Assembly (NCBI GenBank): GCA_002189035.1
Contig: NEEC01000014.1
Coordinates: 930,001-994,000 of the forward strand
DNA from: Utricularia gibba
Taxonomy: Eukaryota > Plantae > Magnoliophyta
Reading direction: 5' to 3'
Length of the DNA: 64,000 nt
Shown one piece after another: positions 49,401 through 64,000 of the stretch (position 1 is the stretch's first letter; each line of letters starts with the position of its first letter). The notes under the pieces were generated by a model. It was not told the origin of the DNA. It saw nothing but the letters and a program-made list of their open reading frames with translations, and searched no databases. Made by a program: the position numbers and the translations under genes.

Positions 49401-52400
49401 CATATATGAGGAACTGAACCAGACGACATCCAAGTCACAGCACAAGAATTTATTTGGTTATCTGATGCTCAAGAGAAACATTTAAAGGATTACCTCAAAG
49501 AGCCATCAACTGGTTCGACAAGAGGCTCCCATGAGTCATACTTGTCATTATAAGACATTGCAGCCAATGAGAAGTTTACACTGGAATGCATGCAGTCGGG
49601 TATTCCATGTAAGCTGAATCCAATACCACTCAAAGATACATTGCACAAAGGGATCATCTACACATTGAAGAATTATTTAACACAATTGCTCACAATGTAA
49701 TGTAATCAAGAAGAGCATCTAGAGCATTGTGTAGATGTGCTTGGTAAGTGAAACTTCTAAGCAATGGCAACTTGATAAAGAAGAACGAATGTGATGATTC
49801 TTAAAACTAAGCTATAAAAATCGTCAGGAAACTTCATTTGGTAAGTAGAAGCATTTCATCAGGGTTTCAGGGTGCGAGGTGCAATTTGATGAGTTTTGGC
49901 ACGAATGTCATCTTAAAGAGCGATAAATGAAATATTTGAAAATAAATTTGACATAAAAAATTACCAGGCCACCATAGTCATCAAAAAGTGCTGCAGAGAA
50001 AGTTCTAACTTCTGCATCAATCACAGTACTGTCTTCACCATTAGTTATGTCAGGACCACTAAGCTTCAAAGCAAACCTTCTGGAAGGTTTCTTAAAACCC
50101 TTCCAAACAATGAAGGTTCCATCCTCACTACCAACTCTCCAAATACTAAATGGTTCTCGGTTAAACACCAGGTCAGAAGAATCCCAAATACTTTCATCAG
50201 AATATTGATCCGAAGAGACCATGTCAGCACGAATGCATCTTAAAGAGCTGAAATCAGCTTGATTCGGAGTCCCTCTGCAAGCGATACATCCTAATGAAAC
50301 AAATCCTAGAGGAGCCTCAGGCCACCAAAATGAAATACTTTCCAGACCCCGTTGTTTCTTCAAAGAAGCAATATGCAGAAAATTAGAAGGGCTTTTATAC
50401 AGTTCACAGTCTTCTGAATCTTGAACAACAATACAATTATTTGGAGGTTCATACCTGCAAAAAGGTAAAACATACAGTGAAAGACATACGAACGTACTGC
50501 AAGATTCGAGTAACCAAAATAAGAAAACAAAGTAGATGGAGAATCTCATTTCCTACCCCAGGACCGCAATGTCACCAAAATACACCACTCCATCAGAAGT
50601 AACTGGACGCCATATTGATATCTTCTTTCGTGATCTGGAGCCCTGATTCCACCATATCAACCGGAAAGTAGCAACTGCTTCATACCTCCGTCTTGAGTTC
50701 ACCATGGACGACCTTTCAGATTGCACAGCATCATTGCCCATGGAAGCAGGAGATACATTGTCCGATCTTTGCAAGTGTTCAGGAGAATGGTGCCAGAAAT
50801 CAAGATAAAAATGTCTAATTTCATATGCTCTCCTAGTTAGATTTAAAGTTGCAGGATCAGCAGGGAGAAAAGTTCCAATAGCATTGTCTACCCGCCAAAA
50901 TGCCAAATTGGAATGTCTGGAAAGAAACAATTAAGAAATTAGAATAACTCAATAAAAATAAATGCAATAAAAGAACCAAGCAGAAAATCAAAACAAGGAA
51001 CAAACAACATTCATGTAACATCAAGCATCAGTACATGTGATACTGAAGGACGGCAGATAGAGAAAGATTTCATACTCAGAGCTGGCATCGATGCAGACAC
51101 AATCTCTCAGGCCACATGAGGAAACCAAAGATTCCAATATACAAAAGACAGAGGAAATTGGAGGCGGTGCCATCCCTGAAGATGTCACGCAACCCAAGGC
51201 CACATATCCATTTGGGGCTTCAGGGAACCAAACAGAGCAAATTGTATTTTCCACAGGGCTATGTTTTTCCAAACCACTATAAGCTATTTCATGAGTGAGG
51301 TTACTATTTGATGAAGAAGGCCAAACCAAGGTGAAGGATTTAGGTCTCTTAACTCTGATTAGCCTTGTGTTAACAGCAATTACACCCTTTGTTGGTGGTT
51401 TGTCACTATAAAAAAGAAAAAAAAGTTAAATTCAATGCCAGCCAAGAAGGAAAAAGAAGCAGGAGGGAACGGCAATGCATATACTGACACTGGTGTAAGA
51501 TAGTCACCAAGAATGGCAAAACCCATTGGTGCTCGAGGTCTCCAAAAACAGTATAATTGAGCATTTTGATTTTGACCTAAAAATAGAAATTGAAAAACCA
51601 TCGCATATGTAATTTGGGAAATCATACATCAAAATACGTAACAACGTTCAACATAATGTGCAGAACATAATATCACAAATTTACTCTTAATTGTCCCAAT
51701 TCGATCGAACTCTGAGCAAAGAGCAGTTGGCTTCGTTGATCTTGAACTCAAAAAGGACAGAATATCCTCTTCAACATCCAAAAATAATTTTAAAATACTG
51801 AACGAGAAATTCATGAATATATCTGAAGCTTTCAAGCATAGGCTTGTCTTCTTTGGTGTACTACAAAATTCCACAGAAGAATCAAAGGGCTCCAAAATTT
51901 TGATTCCACTGCTTTCCAGGGTCAAACCATCAGCCTTAGCACTCATTTGAATGGTATCACCATTCATAACAAGCCTGTGTGTTCATTCAAGCAGAAAGAC
52001 AGATTGTTAGATGAATGTTTCCCAGAATGTCGAATCATCATTAAACATTATAACCCACTAAAAGAATCACAATTTTCCATGGCTCTAGCATGTGAAACCT
52101 CTCAAAGCGTGGTATGAATGCTTAATCCCTTTAATCAGTGTATCAAATAAAGTTGCAAAGGGCAGTTCCCTTGACAGAATATGCAGTGCCTAGCACCTAA
52201 AATACAGTTTAAGTGGCATTCCGAGAAATTGCTGTGATTTATGCGTTATGCTACAGACTCAGAAACCTTAATTCAGCTTTAGCTGTTCTTAATCATTTGG
52301 TTGGGCTTGAGTTCCATGTTTTTTCCGTTTGCAACATTATAATACTAATTTACACCATTCAAAATTTTTTATAGCTGGGAGCAGAGCATTAAGTTCATGC

Positions 52401-55400
52401 CACATCAAAAACAATAAAACAGAAAACCAGGATATGGTATGTGTTTGAAAATTCACCTGCAAAATACATCCATTTGTGCATGTAACAATTTGTTAGAGAG
52501 AAGCTGAGGGGAGTTTCTTGATTTATTGTAGAAAGTAAACTCAGGACCGATAGCCTGCAGACAAGAACACAATTTATGAATCACAACAAGGACTTGCATC
52601 AATTTCAAAAATAAAGCGCTAGACACTAAAGGGGTTCAGTTTTAAAGTATGAAGTGAATTCAGTGTAACTCAAAGAGGATTCACTAGATATGATTTACAT
52701 GATGAAAAACCATACAGTATGGGTCATCATTTGGAGTGAGTGTACGAGCGCAGATGATCAGATCATATGAACAAGGAATGTGAAACATGCATATGAAGCA
52801 TTTTAAGGCAAAATTCAGTAGACTGCGTTAGAGACAAACCAATCATATAGTATATCCAAAAAACTAGAGTGGCACACCTGCATTTCAAAAACCAACTCTT
52901 TGGATGCACCAGGTGCAGCACCATGTGATGGCATTGCTGGATGGTCTGCAGAAGGTTGGTGCGAATTATTATTTTCTTCCTCCAGTATGACACTATCAAT
53001 CTGATTTGCCGAATAACTACTGTTCACTCCCAACAAAATGCTTGAGTCCAAGTACCTTCCACCCTGGAAAAATACATAAATGATAAAAGTTCTTGCATTG
53101 CTTACCATAAGTAAAGCCGAAAACAGTTCTAATCGTGCTTACCCTAACTATCACATTTCTGAACTGCAATTTTTTTGCATTCCCAACAAAAATTAAAGGT
53201 TCCTGACTTGGACCACTGAGAACTACTCCATGTCTATCTTTCAGAAACAAAGTTCCACCTCTTCCATCATATATAAAATTCTCAAACTTTTCATCATCGA
53301 CAACCAATGGATTTTGAGGTGAAATTGAGAATTCAGAAGATGGTTGAGAAAAAATTGACTGGTGAAGTATTATTGGGTCAAGAAAATGTGAAGAGTTTGA
53401 ATTCTCATCGTATAAAGGCTCAGCACGAATTGCTGGAACAAAAAACTCAGCAATGGCAAGCAAAAAATCCAGTGTGACAAGCATTTGTGGTCTCTGGATG
53501 CATAGAGATAGAGTTGTTGTATTTTCATTATAAGTGGCATCAAACATTACAACTGCTGGAGTGAATTGTCTATGCAAAGATTGGGAACTGGTGTACTCAT
53601 CCAAATCAAGTTTTCCAATGGCCAATCTAAGCTCCGTTTCAGTGCCCACACGATTATCGAGAACAATCAATTCCTTCAATGTAGATGATAGGAAACCTCC
53701 ACCCACTGTATTAGATTTATATGAAAGCCACAATCCAGACACCTGAATCATATACTCATGTTAAACCTACAATGCAATAGCCAAATAACACCACCAGGTA
53801 CTTAAACATATCATAAAGTTTCATAATGCATGTACAAAACTTCTCTAATAAACCCTAATTTGAAAGATCAGCAAAAATATATCTTGCAGTAAAGAAAAAT
53901 GCAAGATTACAAGATGGGCAGTAAATTCATTCTTCTCATACAAATGATATCATAAAATACGGTGTCTGGAACTAAGTGAAATAATGCAACCACACTAAGC
54001 AATGCCATCATATCAAAGGCATAGCTTCAATTCAAGGTTCGGTTGTATTGCTTAAATGTGTAAAGTGTAACGGGTAAGTAGAGGAACCACCTGGAGAGAA
54101 GCAAGAGAAGCATCCCTTGAATTGCCATAATGCAGAGAGAGTTCAATCGTATTAATGCTGACAGAAACCTTAGTTGCAATCCAAGATGGACTTTCTCTGG
54201 CCTCGGTTTCTGCATTATCTAAATCTCGTTTATTAACATTCAATGGGGAGTAGGATTCAACTTTTGGAGGAGTCATGATATTTGGAGTTTCTGATATATT
54301 ATCTTGAGCGCATTCAATTATTATTTCGTACTCCTTATTGGATAATGCTCCTTTTAGACCATCAATCTGAAAATAAAGCATATTAGAACACCCGAGTCAA
54401 AGCAAATTTCCACATTGTAAGTACCCAAATATAAAAGGGCAATGCAATGGAGGAATCAAAACACAAATAACTTATCCAAACGCAATGTTTGATAAAAGAT
54501 AAGCAAAACTTAGAAGTTCGAGAGAATACCATAATAGCAATTTCAATGTTTGGGCAATGATGGAACAAATCACGGAGGGTCCTCCTCATCAGAATGTTAA
54601 CACCCTTGACATCATGAATTATGCTTTCACTTAACTCAGAACCTGAACCAACATTTAATTTGATATCATCGACCTGAAAACAGTAACAAATGTTTTTAGA
54701 TGGAATGATGACAGCAAAGGGCAAGGAAGTTGATTTTTACGCCAACCATAAAATTCTAGGAGGGGGAACCTTTGATCTTGAGGATGTAAGGGAAAAACAT
54801 GGAAATAATGCATGGAAGAGCTGATGTAATGTGTTTTTATTCCCATCGTGTGTTAATGCATCAAAATCACATGGCGTCATTTGAACATCAAGGAAAACAA
54901 CTATTAGAAATCTCGCATTAACTTCTGATTAAAACAAAGAGCTATAACTATACCACAATTTTTGTCATTTCCATGTGTACTGCCTTGATTTCAGTTTTTC
55001 TTCCACCAATCCATCTGAATGTGTTCTCAACAGTTATTTGAACAACATCAAGCTTCAAGTAACTGCAAGACAATAGCATACAAGCATCAAGCTTAAAATA
55101 AAGGATTCAATAATCCTCAAGTTGCAGGTAGCTCTGCAAACTGCAAAACTCAGTCAAAATTTTACTCACTCCACACTATCTGTTCTCTTGGGCATTATTA
55201 TGATCGGATTCTTAAGCAAAATATCCAATTTCACAGCAGGTGATCCTTCAATCTCACTCTTTGAAAGCAATTTTTTTGCATTTGTCACTTGATCTCTTAT
55301 CTGGACAATCTCTTTAGAACTTCCGGGAACAAGGCCCATAAAGTAACTTGTAACCTACCTCAACAAGATTAGATTTCTGATTATAATCCATAATAGATGG

Positions 55401-58400
55401 TAAAGCAAAATAAGGTGCAATGTAGTTGACCTCCTGAAGAAAGCGGTTCAAATAGATGATCCGAACTTCTGACAGCTGCCCAGTGAGGCTGTAATCAAAA
55501 CTCTCATAGTCCTCATCATCAGTACTAAATGAACTGAACTCGACCTGGATTAGTTCCCAAAATGTTTTATCAAAAAAATGGCAAAAGATGTGCAGATGTC
55601 AATAAAAAACTTTAAAAATGGCAAGATATTACATTTCTATGCATCTCATTTCTGAAGCTGGTTCCAGTAGTACGTAGGATATGATAATATATAGTGAAGA
55701 AACTGTTATTCAAACACTTACAAGGGAACAGGGACTCCACAAGCACAAAATACCAGATAACTCTGCATTTTTCAGCCCCGTAGTTTACAAGTACAGTAGA
55801 AATTATATTACTCTAATTAGGTTGCTGAGACAAGAAAACGAGGTGGATACAGCATTCAGGCTCACTCGAACCCGAAGATGAATAAAGAGAACTAAACTAG
55901 GTCCCAGCCACACTGTGGCATGTGATTCATAAGGCCTCTTTATGAACACCTCCAGTGTTAATAATTGTAGTAAATAAAAAGTTTGACGACTAAAGAAATA
56001 GAGGATGGTGAGGTTTTTTCTCAAGGTTATTGGTAAGTTGACAGTTCAAACTACATTATTTAGCTCTACCAATGAGTTATCCTGAACAGATTTATCACAA
56101 TGAACCACATATGTACATTAACGCTATTTAATTATGAAAGTTGCAGGATAGTAAGGATCTAGGAACGTAGCAACAACTTTCAAAAAGCAATTAGCCGACT
56201 AAAAATTAACGTGATAAGAGAAATTGAACTTGCATGCATATTGAACAATCAGATTACCTCCACAAATGATTTTCCACCAGGGTTCCTCATGTCACAAGCC
56301 CAGAAGTACATGTGACTCATGTGAAGGCTATCATCGCTTATTTTAAGATTCCCCAGCGAAGCCTTTATGCTAAATGAAGCAGGAAAAACCTGTAAAATAA
56401 AAGTTGATAATAATAGAAATTTCATGTCACATCAAGCAGAATTTTTCCATAACCAATGTATGTAATATGGACCTTAATATCAGTGAGAAAATTATCTTGA
56501 GTCAAAGTGGCAAGTTTACTGTCATTTTCGGTCATCAGTAATATCTCAGCCCGAGTCATATCCAACTGCAGGCAAAAAACAACTCGGGATTTCCCCTTTC
56601 CCAGCAAAGATTGAACTACGGGCTCTTCAACTTCACTGGACACTGGACCAGAATTCTTCATACCCGTGGGAATGGGATGAGCTGCAGCAGCATCTGAAGA
56701 AACATCACTATGCACTTCATGGTTATCTTCCTGTAAATTTATGGCATTTGCAAACTCCATGATAGCAATAACTGTAGGCCTACGACAGTAGAAAGACAAG
56801 GTGGAGACTGTGATTGACACCTGAAATAGAAAAGATACTCATAAAAGGGCATTCAAATGCACAACAATTCGAAACAGAATTAGAGACTATCGCGTTACAT
56901 CAGATAACAACTAAAAACAACTTCATTTCAGATAAAGCACATGCCACATATCCAGTTTTTTGTCCAGTTCTGTTCAAGGACTACATGAAAGTCATCAGCG
57001 CATGCATATTCAGTAATTTCAAACCTTAATCAAATAACATACCACACACAACTACAGATCTTCTGCTTAGACAATTAGAGAGTGAAAATAATGAAATTGA
57101 AAAGCCCTGCCACGGACAAACCAGCTTATCAATATTGGAATAATGTGCCGAGTTCTGGTCAAGCATAACTATCTGAGCCTTCACGAAACTGTCTTCACTG
57201 CTATTACTCGGCTCACAAGATTCTATGTGATTAATGCTAAAAGGCAGCAAAGCAGCAGAGCGCGTAAAAACAGGGGCCTCCAAGTCAGTACTCTCATATG
57301 GGGAGATAAACCGAGAACTTGTAAGCTCCAATTCACGACCAGGTGACATTGTACTTGAAGTAGAATCATTCAGACTCTCAGATGCTTCATAAAACTCTTC
57401 ATCGCCTTCACTTTGCCTAAAGTCTCCCATGACTTGATCAAGACTGCCATTACTGTTTCTAAAAAGTGAGGGTGTCTCTGCACTCATGATGAATGATCTC
57501 GCTAGGTAACAAATCTTCAGCGAGTCTCTATTGCAGAACATATCTTCTATTTCCAGTGATTTAAGAACTGTGCCAATGAAAATATCATTTCCTCTAATTG
57601 AAAACTCAATCTGTAGGAAGAAAGGATGTTAAATTGTGAAGCAATAAAGCGCCAATAATAAAACAACAGATTAACTTACCTGACCACCTATAGCTCGAAA
57701 CTCCAGTAAGCTTTTCTCCTCAGCAAGAAGCAGCTTAGTAAAACTTTGATCGTGCTAGAAAATAAAAAAATAAATAAAATAAACATATATAGATAGCAGT
57801 GTTATATTCCTCCTCAAAACCTACTTACCAAACTCGAGTAACTAAAAGTTATCTTCAACTCATCAAGCACACCAGTCAGAAAGAACTTTTCAGATATTGA
57901 CAAATCATTTGAATCACGATTTCCAATTTCAGATTCCTCTGAATCCGATGTACTTTCCAGAAGTCCAACTATAGGGGCTGTTCCCTGCACACATTCAAGA
58001 ACTTTTCATGAGCCATGCATTCTTATACCTACAAGGTACTTGTGCAACAAAAAGAATTACACACAGAAGTGAAAAAATCTGATAGTATTAAGTGCTTCTA
58101 CTAAGGGCAACAATGATGCCAAGTATCTGATGATAGCGATATTCACTCAACCATTCTAACGAGCAGAAGCACTTCCTAAATTCAGCACAAGAATAACTAA
58201 AGCTTTTAGGTTTATCACTCATTATAACTAGACATAATCACAAGCATTTAAAAGCCGAGCTACCTTAAGGATATATGTAATATCTTTCTCATCATGCTGT
58301 TAACATGAAAAACAAATGTTAAATAATTAAAATAAATACCGATGCCCGATAGATGGCTCGTTGGATGTACATTTGCCATGTTTTCCTTGAGTTCTCTGAA

Positions 58401-61400
58401 TCACAACGCAAAATGAGAGCATTTGAATCTTCCAAAACCTATGGAGTTGAGATTCACCACAAAAAAGAACATAATTATTCAATGGGTAATGATCAAAGAG
58501 TAAACCAGGTGATCATAGCTTATTGTTTCTAAAATACCTTGCCAATGAGTTGCTCTGAATCAAAAACAGCAAATACATTCTCCACATTTCCAAAAATATC
58601 AGAAGGAAGTTGATGTAGCTGTTTACCTCTCAAGCTACCATTAAAAACATCATGTAACACAAGAATGAGAAGAATTTCTCAGAGTGAAATTCATTAAAAA
58701 TTTTATTTATCACACGAGACTCTGGGTTTAATGATGAATTGGGTTCTGAAGGAGTTTCAGAGCATATACACACATGCAACACAGAATTCCATAAGAAGAA
58801 GTGTGTGTTTGCACAGGATTAAGCAGCTTAGAACTTGAACTCTGAGTGAAATGGTGACCACTAATACCATGTTAGAAGAGAAATATCCCGAAGTTGAGAG
58901 GCCACTTGGAGAAGGAAATCTCCTAATAACACAAGTTAAGAAAACATGTGATCTTATACAAACCTGAAATAATGCTTATAACTTCTGGCCTCAGGGTTTT
59001 CTAGTAAATAGACAGAAGACCCAACTATGCACAAATATCTACGTTGCCATACAGCTTCTCTTCCTCCAACCCCCTGAAAGAAAAGAGAGCAAACTTTCGT
59101 TATGACTCAAAAAATGGGAAAAAAAAATTTCAGGTCATAGAATAATGGGAAAAAAAAATAAATAGATCAGCACCCTTCGGGTGAGATGATATAACCAATC
59201 AGCAAAATCAGGTTCATCCCAAGGCTGTGCGATATCTTGACGTTCAGCATTATTATCTTGAAAAAGCTTAGCTATTTGCATTAAACGATGATAACGAGAT
59301 GGGGAAAAAGAAAATCCCATTGAAGGCAATCGCATGGCCAGTCTTGTTGATGGCAGGTTTGGAGTTGGTGACCTAATCTGAGGACACCAAAAGAATACAT
59401 GAAATGGCCCATACAAACTCAAACCAACCAAGCAAATGAATGTTTCAATAAAAAAGAAGAGGAAATGGCAATCACCTGCTGAAGCTTTAGAAATACTCCA
59501 CATTTGTCAATAACAGGGAGAACATTCATAAAGTTGCACTTCGTTAAATCATGATCCCTAACCACATAATCTCGACTCCAACTATAATCACCATCAACCA
59601 GAAAAGCTGATACATCTCTTAACACCAGATTAAACTGGGTATACATATTCATCTCGTCAAGAGAAGCATATTCTGCAATGTCCTGAGTTTCACAAAATCA
59701 AATGTTAGTTATGATGAAAATATTTGTATTCAGATAGAAACTTAACCTGAGAAGATATTGCCAATTTCCCCAAGTCAATCAAAAGCTTGGTGGAATGGAC
59801 ACCATCTGGAGAAAACTCAGTGGGGATAGTAATTTTGGGTGCTGCTATATCCAGATCCAAGAGAAATCTGAACCAACACATAGTAACAATCAATCCATGC
59901 AGTTGGGAAATCCTAGAAAAATATTCATTATAGCTGGATAAGGATCGATAAGCACAGTGGCATGCAACATTTGGTTTGAATATTTGCTATCGTTCTTTCT
60001 GTCATACTGACGCAAAATTTAAAACCAACTAAAAGTTTTAGAAAGCAATGCTTGGGCATCTGCATCCCCAGGTTTCATAACTCCTATGCAACTTTTTACC
60101 ATTCGATGTTACAGGTTAGCAAGTTTCATGTAGTTCCACCTAACCCAGAGACGCATTCCAACACAGAAGCATTATTTCAATTTTTTTAATTGATCCAAAA
60201 AAAGGTGGACATGGCTTTCCACTTTATGGATAATTTACTCCATTCCATGTAAGGGATGCTCCTATTTCAAAGATCACTAGAAAACCTGGTTCGCTGTTTT
60301 AATGCTTTGTTCACTTGTCTGGCCGTTGTACGCTTAACCTCATCAAGTGTCATCTGTAGGAGAAGACATGAAATTAATTTCACGAAAAGATAGTTGAGAC
60401 ATTCAACAAATGATTCAAGGGCGAAAGGCAATTTGAATGGACAAAAATAGATAGCAGTTGTTCTTGTGTAAACAGTATTTTCTACAAGAGAAAGAGTCCA
60501 TGTATATAACAGAAACAGGGAAATGATTATGTGAATTTTTTTAGGGATTCTTCCATAAACCGTGGCAAAAATGCTGGGAATATAACTTTTTTTACAAACT
60601 GTAAAACAGCTAACTTTAAAAGAACTAGTAAAATGAAAGCTTGAATGAAAAAATAACTTCAAAGATAAACGGATATTAAACCTGAACTGCAGAAGCAGTC
60701 TCTCGAGCTAGTGTTTGACTAACAGTGGCACTGTTTTGAAAAAAGTCAATGATTGCATTGACACAATCCTTCAAATACTGTGAAGAAAGAAAATCCTCAG
60801 AACAATAAAAGCTGGAATCAAATTTGAGAACTCATTCTGAGGTATACTTACAGTCACATAACAAGGTGATGCCTTAGCAACAAGGCTCCAATCCACGTTT
60901 ACATCAAATGGCTTGTAGCAGAAGGCACCAACTAAGGAATCAGAAGCACTTCCACTCTGCACTTAAAGGCAAGATAAATCACTCGGCAACACTCACAACC
61001 AGACACATGCAATGTGATGCTTAAAGAGTATAAACAATTAAGAAAGACAAAAGAAGCGAAAAAATAAAGACTACTAGATGCCTTACCACAGCAAGAAGAC
61101 CATTTGGGGATCGTAATCTGTAGGAACCTAATCTTATCTCCACAACTTTGCTCTCGGAAAAAATCTTTATGGAACTTTCAAGATTATCACAAGACAATTC
61201 AGCTAGGCAAACATCTGCGTCAATTAGTTTTGAAGCATTATGCTTCATTCTAAGGTTCAACAAAATATTAGGAAGATCCCTGTTATTCTGGATCATAAGT
61301 TCTTCATGCCCCTTGTACCCAATGATATCATTCAATCTCTTCCAATCTTCCTCAGTTAGCGTGCCAGGTTCAGCATCCTCTGTGCTAGAATTATTGTTCC

Positions 61401-63965
61401 TTCACAAGAAACACAATTAGAAAGCTGCTCATCTAAAGAGGAGATGAGCAGTCAAGAGAAGGCAAATTTACCTTCCAAATAGCCACCATGATTTCTTAGA
61501 TTTTTGTTTTTTTAGGGATGACTCTGATCCTGTTGACTGCTCAACAAACTTATGGGCCATCATCCTGCTCAAAAGGAGTGATGTAATACAAAACTATCAG
61601 AATCCTAAAGGGCATAGATTTTTGAGCAGGGGTAAAATTTCAGCAAGCCTACAGGAGAACCTTCTACGAGGTAAGAAAAACCTTAAAATGCCATTGTATT
61701 GCATGCATGACACGAAGTGGAAATAACCTGAGGCTACTGTTCTATAGAAATAAATTATAAAAAGAAGACAGAACCGATGATCTTCTATGAACAAGCACTT
61801 CTGACTCCTCAGCGATTAATCATGCTCCATGCATGTGTTCGCTAAGCATTTAAAAGTAAAAATGAAAGGAGTCACGTAGTAATATACACCTCCATTGAAG
61901 AATAACTTCAGCATCTAGTTCAAGATCAATTTCCTCTATCTCTTTGTTGTCATCAACTATGGCACGCTCACCATCGGACATGAGAAGTGATGCATATAGT
62001 GAGATATACTTCTTGCGCAATCTTGCATGTCGCAAAACTTGTTCCCATGACAATTTTCCTCTAGTAGTAAGCAACAGCGAATTAGAAACTAACAAAAATG
62101 CATACTATATAAAACCATAAATAGACAACAGAACAAATCAAACTAAGAAGATAAATTTCATAACTCCAAAAGGCAATTCTTGCTGACTTTAAGACTCTTT
62201 GAAATTAAAAAGGAGAAATAAGGAGGTTTTCCAATCAAAATGTATTTCCCAATCATCTTGCTATACTGCATCACAACACAGAGTTTTCCAAAATTTAAAT
62301 AAAAATATTTAGGGAACCTGGCCTTCTTCATTTGGTCTGAAACAGCTCTATAAGCATATTTCCACCAAGACAGTGGATTATCATTAACCGAAACATGTGG
62401 GCGATAGTGCACATATTTTACTTTCAGATTGAAGGATGCAAAGTTATCAGCTAACTTTAACAAATCCCGATAACCATCCTGATCAAAATACAAGGAATAT
62501 CACGAAACCATCGTTTAACAAGAGTGAAGACAAGCAAGGAGCCAGGCAAACCTTGGACAGACACAGAACTACATCATCAAGATTAACTGAAGCTTGCTGC
62601 AAGGGTTGACCTTTCATTCCAGAACTAATATGGCGATCTTTGAAATACTTAGCACTTCCACTCACTGGTTGTAAAACATAGGAGTGCTGACCAGTTTTAA
62701 TAACCTCTGGTCTCCCATTTCTTGTGCCAAACTTAAAAATCTGAAGCTCATAAATTTGGTTGAGGATACAATATCAGTAAATCGACACAATGAACAAAAA
62801 GACTGAAAAACTGAAAAAAAAACCTGTTCCCATTCAGACGGTAGCAAATCCTCCCACGGCTTTATGCTGTGCCATGGTGTGATGTCAGAATCCAAATATA
62901 CAGCCATGCGCTCCAGCTCCACAGACTAAAAATTATGGATTCAAAAAAAAATTAAATAAATAGATAAATAGATGACATCAAAGAAATGGACCATCATAGC
63001 ACACAGCATGTGGTATTTTATCACGACATTCTATGGTTTCCGTGACAAATATTAAGAGTGTGCCTTGTAAAGACCTGGATCCTCTTCTCCACAATTTTCC
63101 TAAGATTTGCTTCTACATTATGCTTCACTAAAACATTGACATGTTGAATACCAGTTACACCAAAATAAGGACCAGCAATCAATCAGGTCTGGAACTGAAA
63201 TGCTAAGGAAAGATTGCATCAGGGATTAGTGTTTAAACCTTCTGAGTTTTCTCCAATGCACCTTCAGTAATAAAAGTTTCCTCTCCATTGTCATCAATTG
63301 TGAATGCTGATAGCTTATCTAAAGTCACTCCTGCTGCAAAAGGATGTCCTGGATTACTGGATTCCAACGAGACAAGTCAAGGCATTGAGCATATACGGAA
63401 TAAAAAGAAGAAAGAATAAATGCAAAGAGAGGATATGAATATGGATATATGAACGGTACATACCTCTCAAGATCTTCATACCGGATATGAATATTTGATA
63501 TTGAAAGCTTCAAATTCCCGATCACTGTACCAATTAAAGATCCAAGCCACGACTTATCCTTGAAGAAAAGAAGAAAATGTAAATTAAAGACCAATATACA
63601 CAGGAATCTTTGATCCAGCGCAACTCAAGTTATGGAACCGTTTCAATCAATGGAGATAGCTTTTCTACAACATCTCAGAGTTCAAGACATACCATTTCAT
63701 TTTTAAGCATTTGGCGACTCTCCAACAGCTTCATTTCCATTTCCTGTTCAGAGAATCAGAAATTCTTTCATTGTACATAGCCTAGATGTTAGATGAATGC
63801 TGCGACATCCAAATGGGTAGAATAATATACCCTTATCTGAGTCCTTTTAGCTTCTCGGACAGCATCCTCACTAGACCCCTCGACCACTGTTGCAGGCTCA
63901 GCCAGTACATATATTCTGTCCAGGGAAACAAGGACCGGATCATGCCCAAGTCTGCTCCATGGGAC
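40406..63965 (-). CDS. VPS13: VPS13 bridge-like lipid transfer protein (plant M-type: Chorein-N, PH, Vps62-like repeats, VAB/SHR-BD, VPS13-C); 5'-partial; apparent frameshift at about 42226
   Basis: Most 5' visible exon is VPWSRLGHDPVLVSLDRIYVLAEP (63965-63832). It continues WLGSLIGTVIGNLKLSISNIHIRYED, LDLDIAAPKITIP, PH-like REAVWQRRY..RKTWQ, Vps62-like WxPxAPxG[YF] repeats, LQLDNQLP, the ATG2/VPS13-C-like GVAFGVSGVVRKP helix, and stops at 40406-40408. Roughly 50 or more exons were traced in phase; the start codon lies beyond 64000. Confidence 0.95.
44018..44045 (+). repeat. A28 homopolymer in a VPS13 intron
   Basis: Counted directly. Confidence 0.9.
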
Positions 63966-64000
63966 CTGTACTCATGACAGCATAATTACCGTGGCTAAAC

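Noticed and set aside
58260-58275. ATATCCTT on the minus strand within a VPS13 intron
   Set aside because: It is mid-intron, and the flanking exons join correctly through canonical GT-AG sites.

Overview
Gene-dense plant (eudicot-like) nuclear DNA with short introns, short intergenic gaps and long A/T homopolymers; the species cannot be determined from the sequence. I reconstructed ten protein-coding genes exon by exon. In order they are RNA polymerase III largest subunit NRPC1 (+), cornichon (-), a Gly/Phe-rich MLF-like protein (+), a DUF1442 protein (-), an Asp1/nucellin-like aspartic protease (-), a TRM3/TARBP1-type SpoU tRNA methyltransferase (-), a CBL1/9-type calcium sensor (+), plastid beta-amylase BAM3 (-), an EndoU ribonuclease (-) and a giant VPS13 with PH and Vps62-like repeats (-, 5' end outside the window). 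There is also a degraded, intron-retaining HSP70 pseudogene fragment and a Tourist-like MITE candidate in the BAM3 promoter. Most small ORFs in the track are exon-plus-intron read-throughs or antisense shadows. I found no tRNA, rRNA, CRISPR array, intact transposon or convincing wholly new system. The best leads are a U12-type intron and a trigger-loop-adjacent AQ>GH substitution in NRPC1, apparent 1-nt frameshifts in TRM3 and VPS13 (assembly error versus real allele), several GC-AG introns including a 63-nt in-frame one, the HSP70 relic, and a possibly very short BAM3 leader. Homolog comparisons are from memory; no searches were run.
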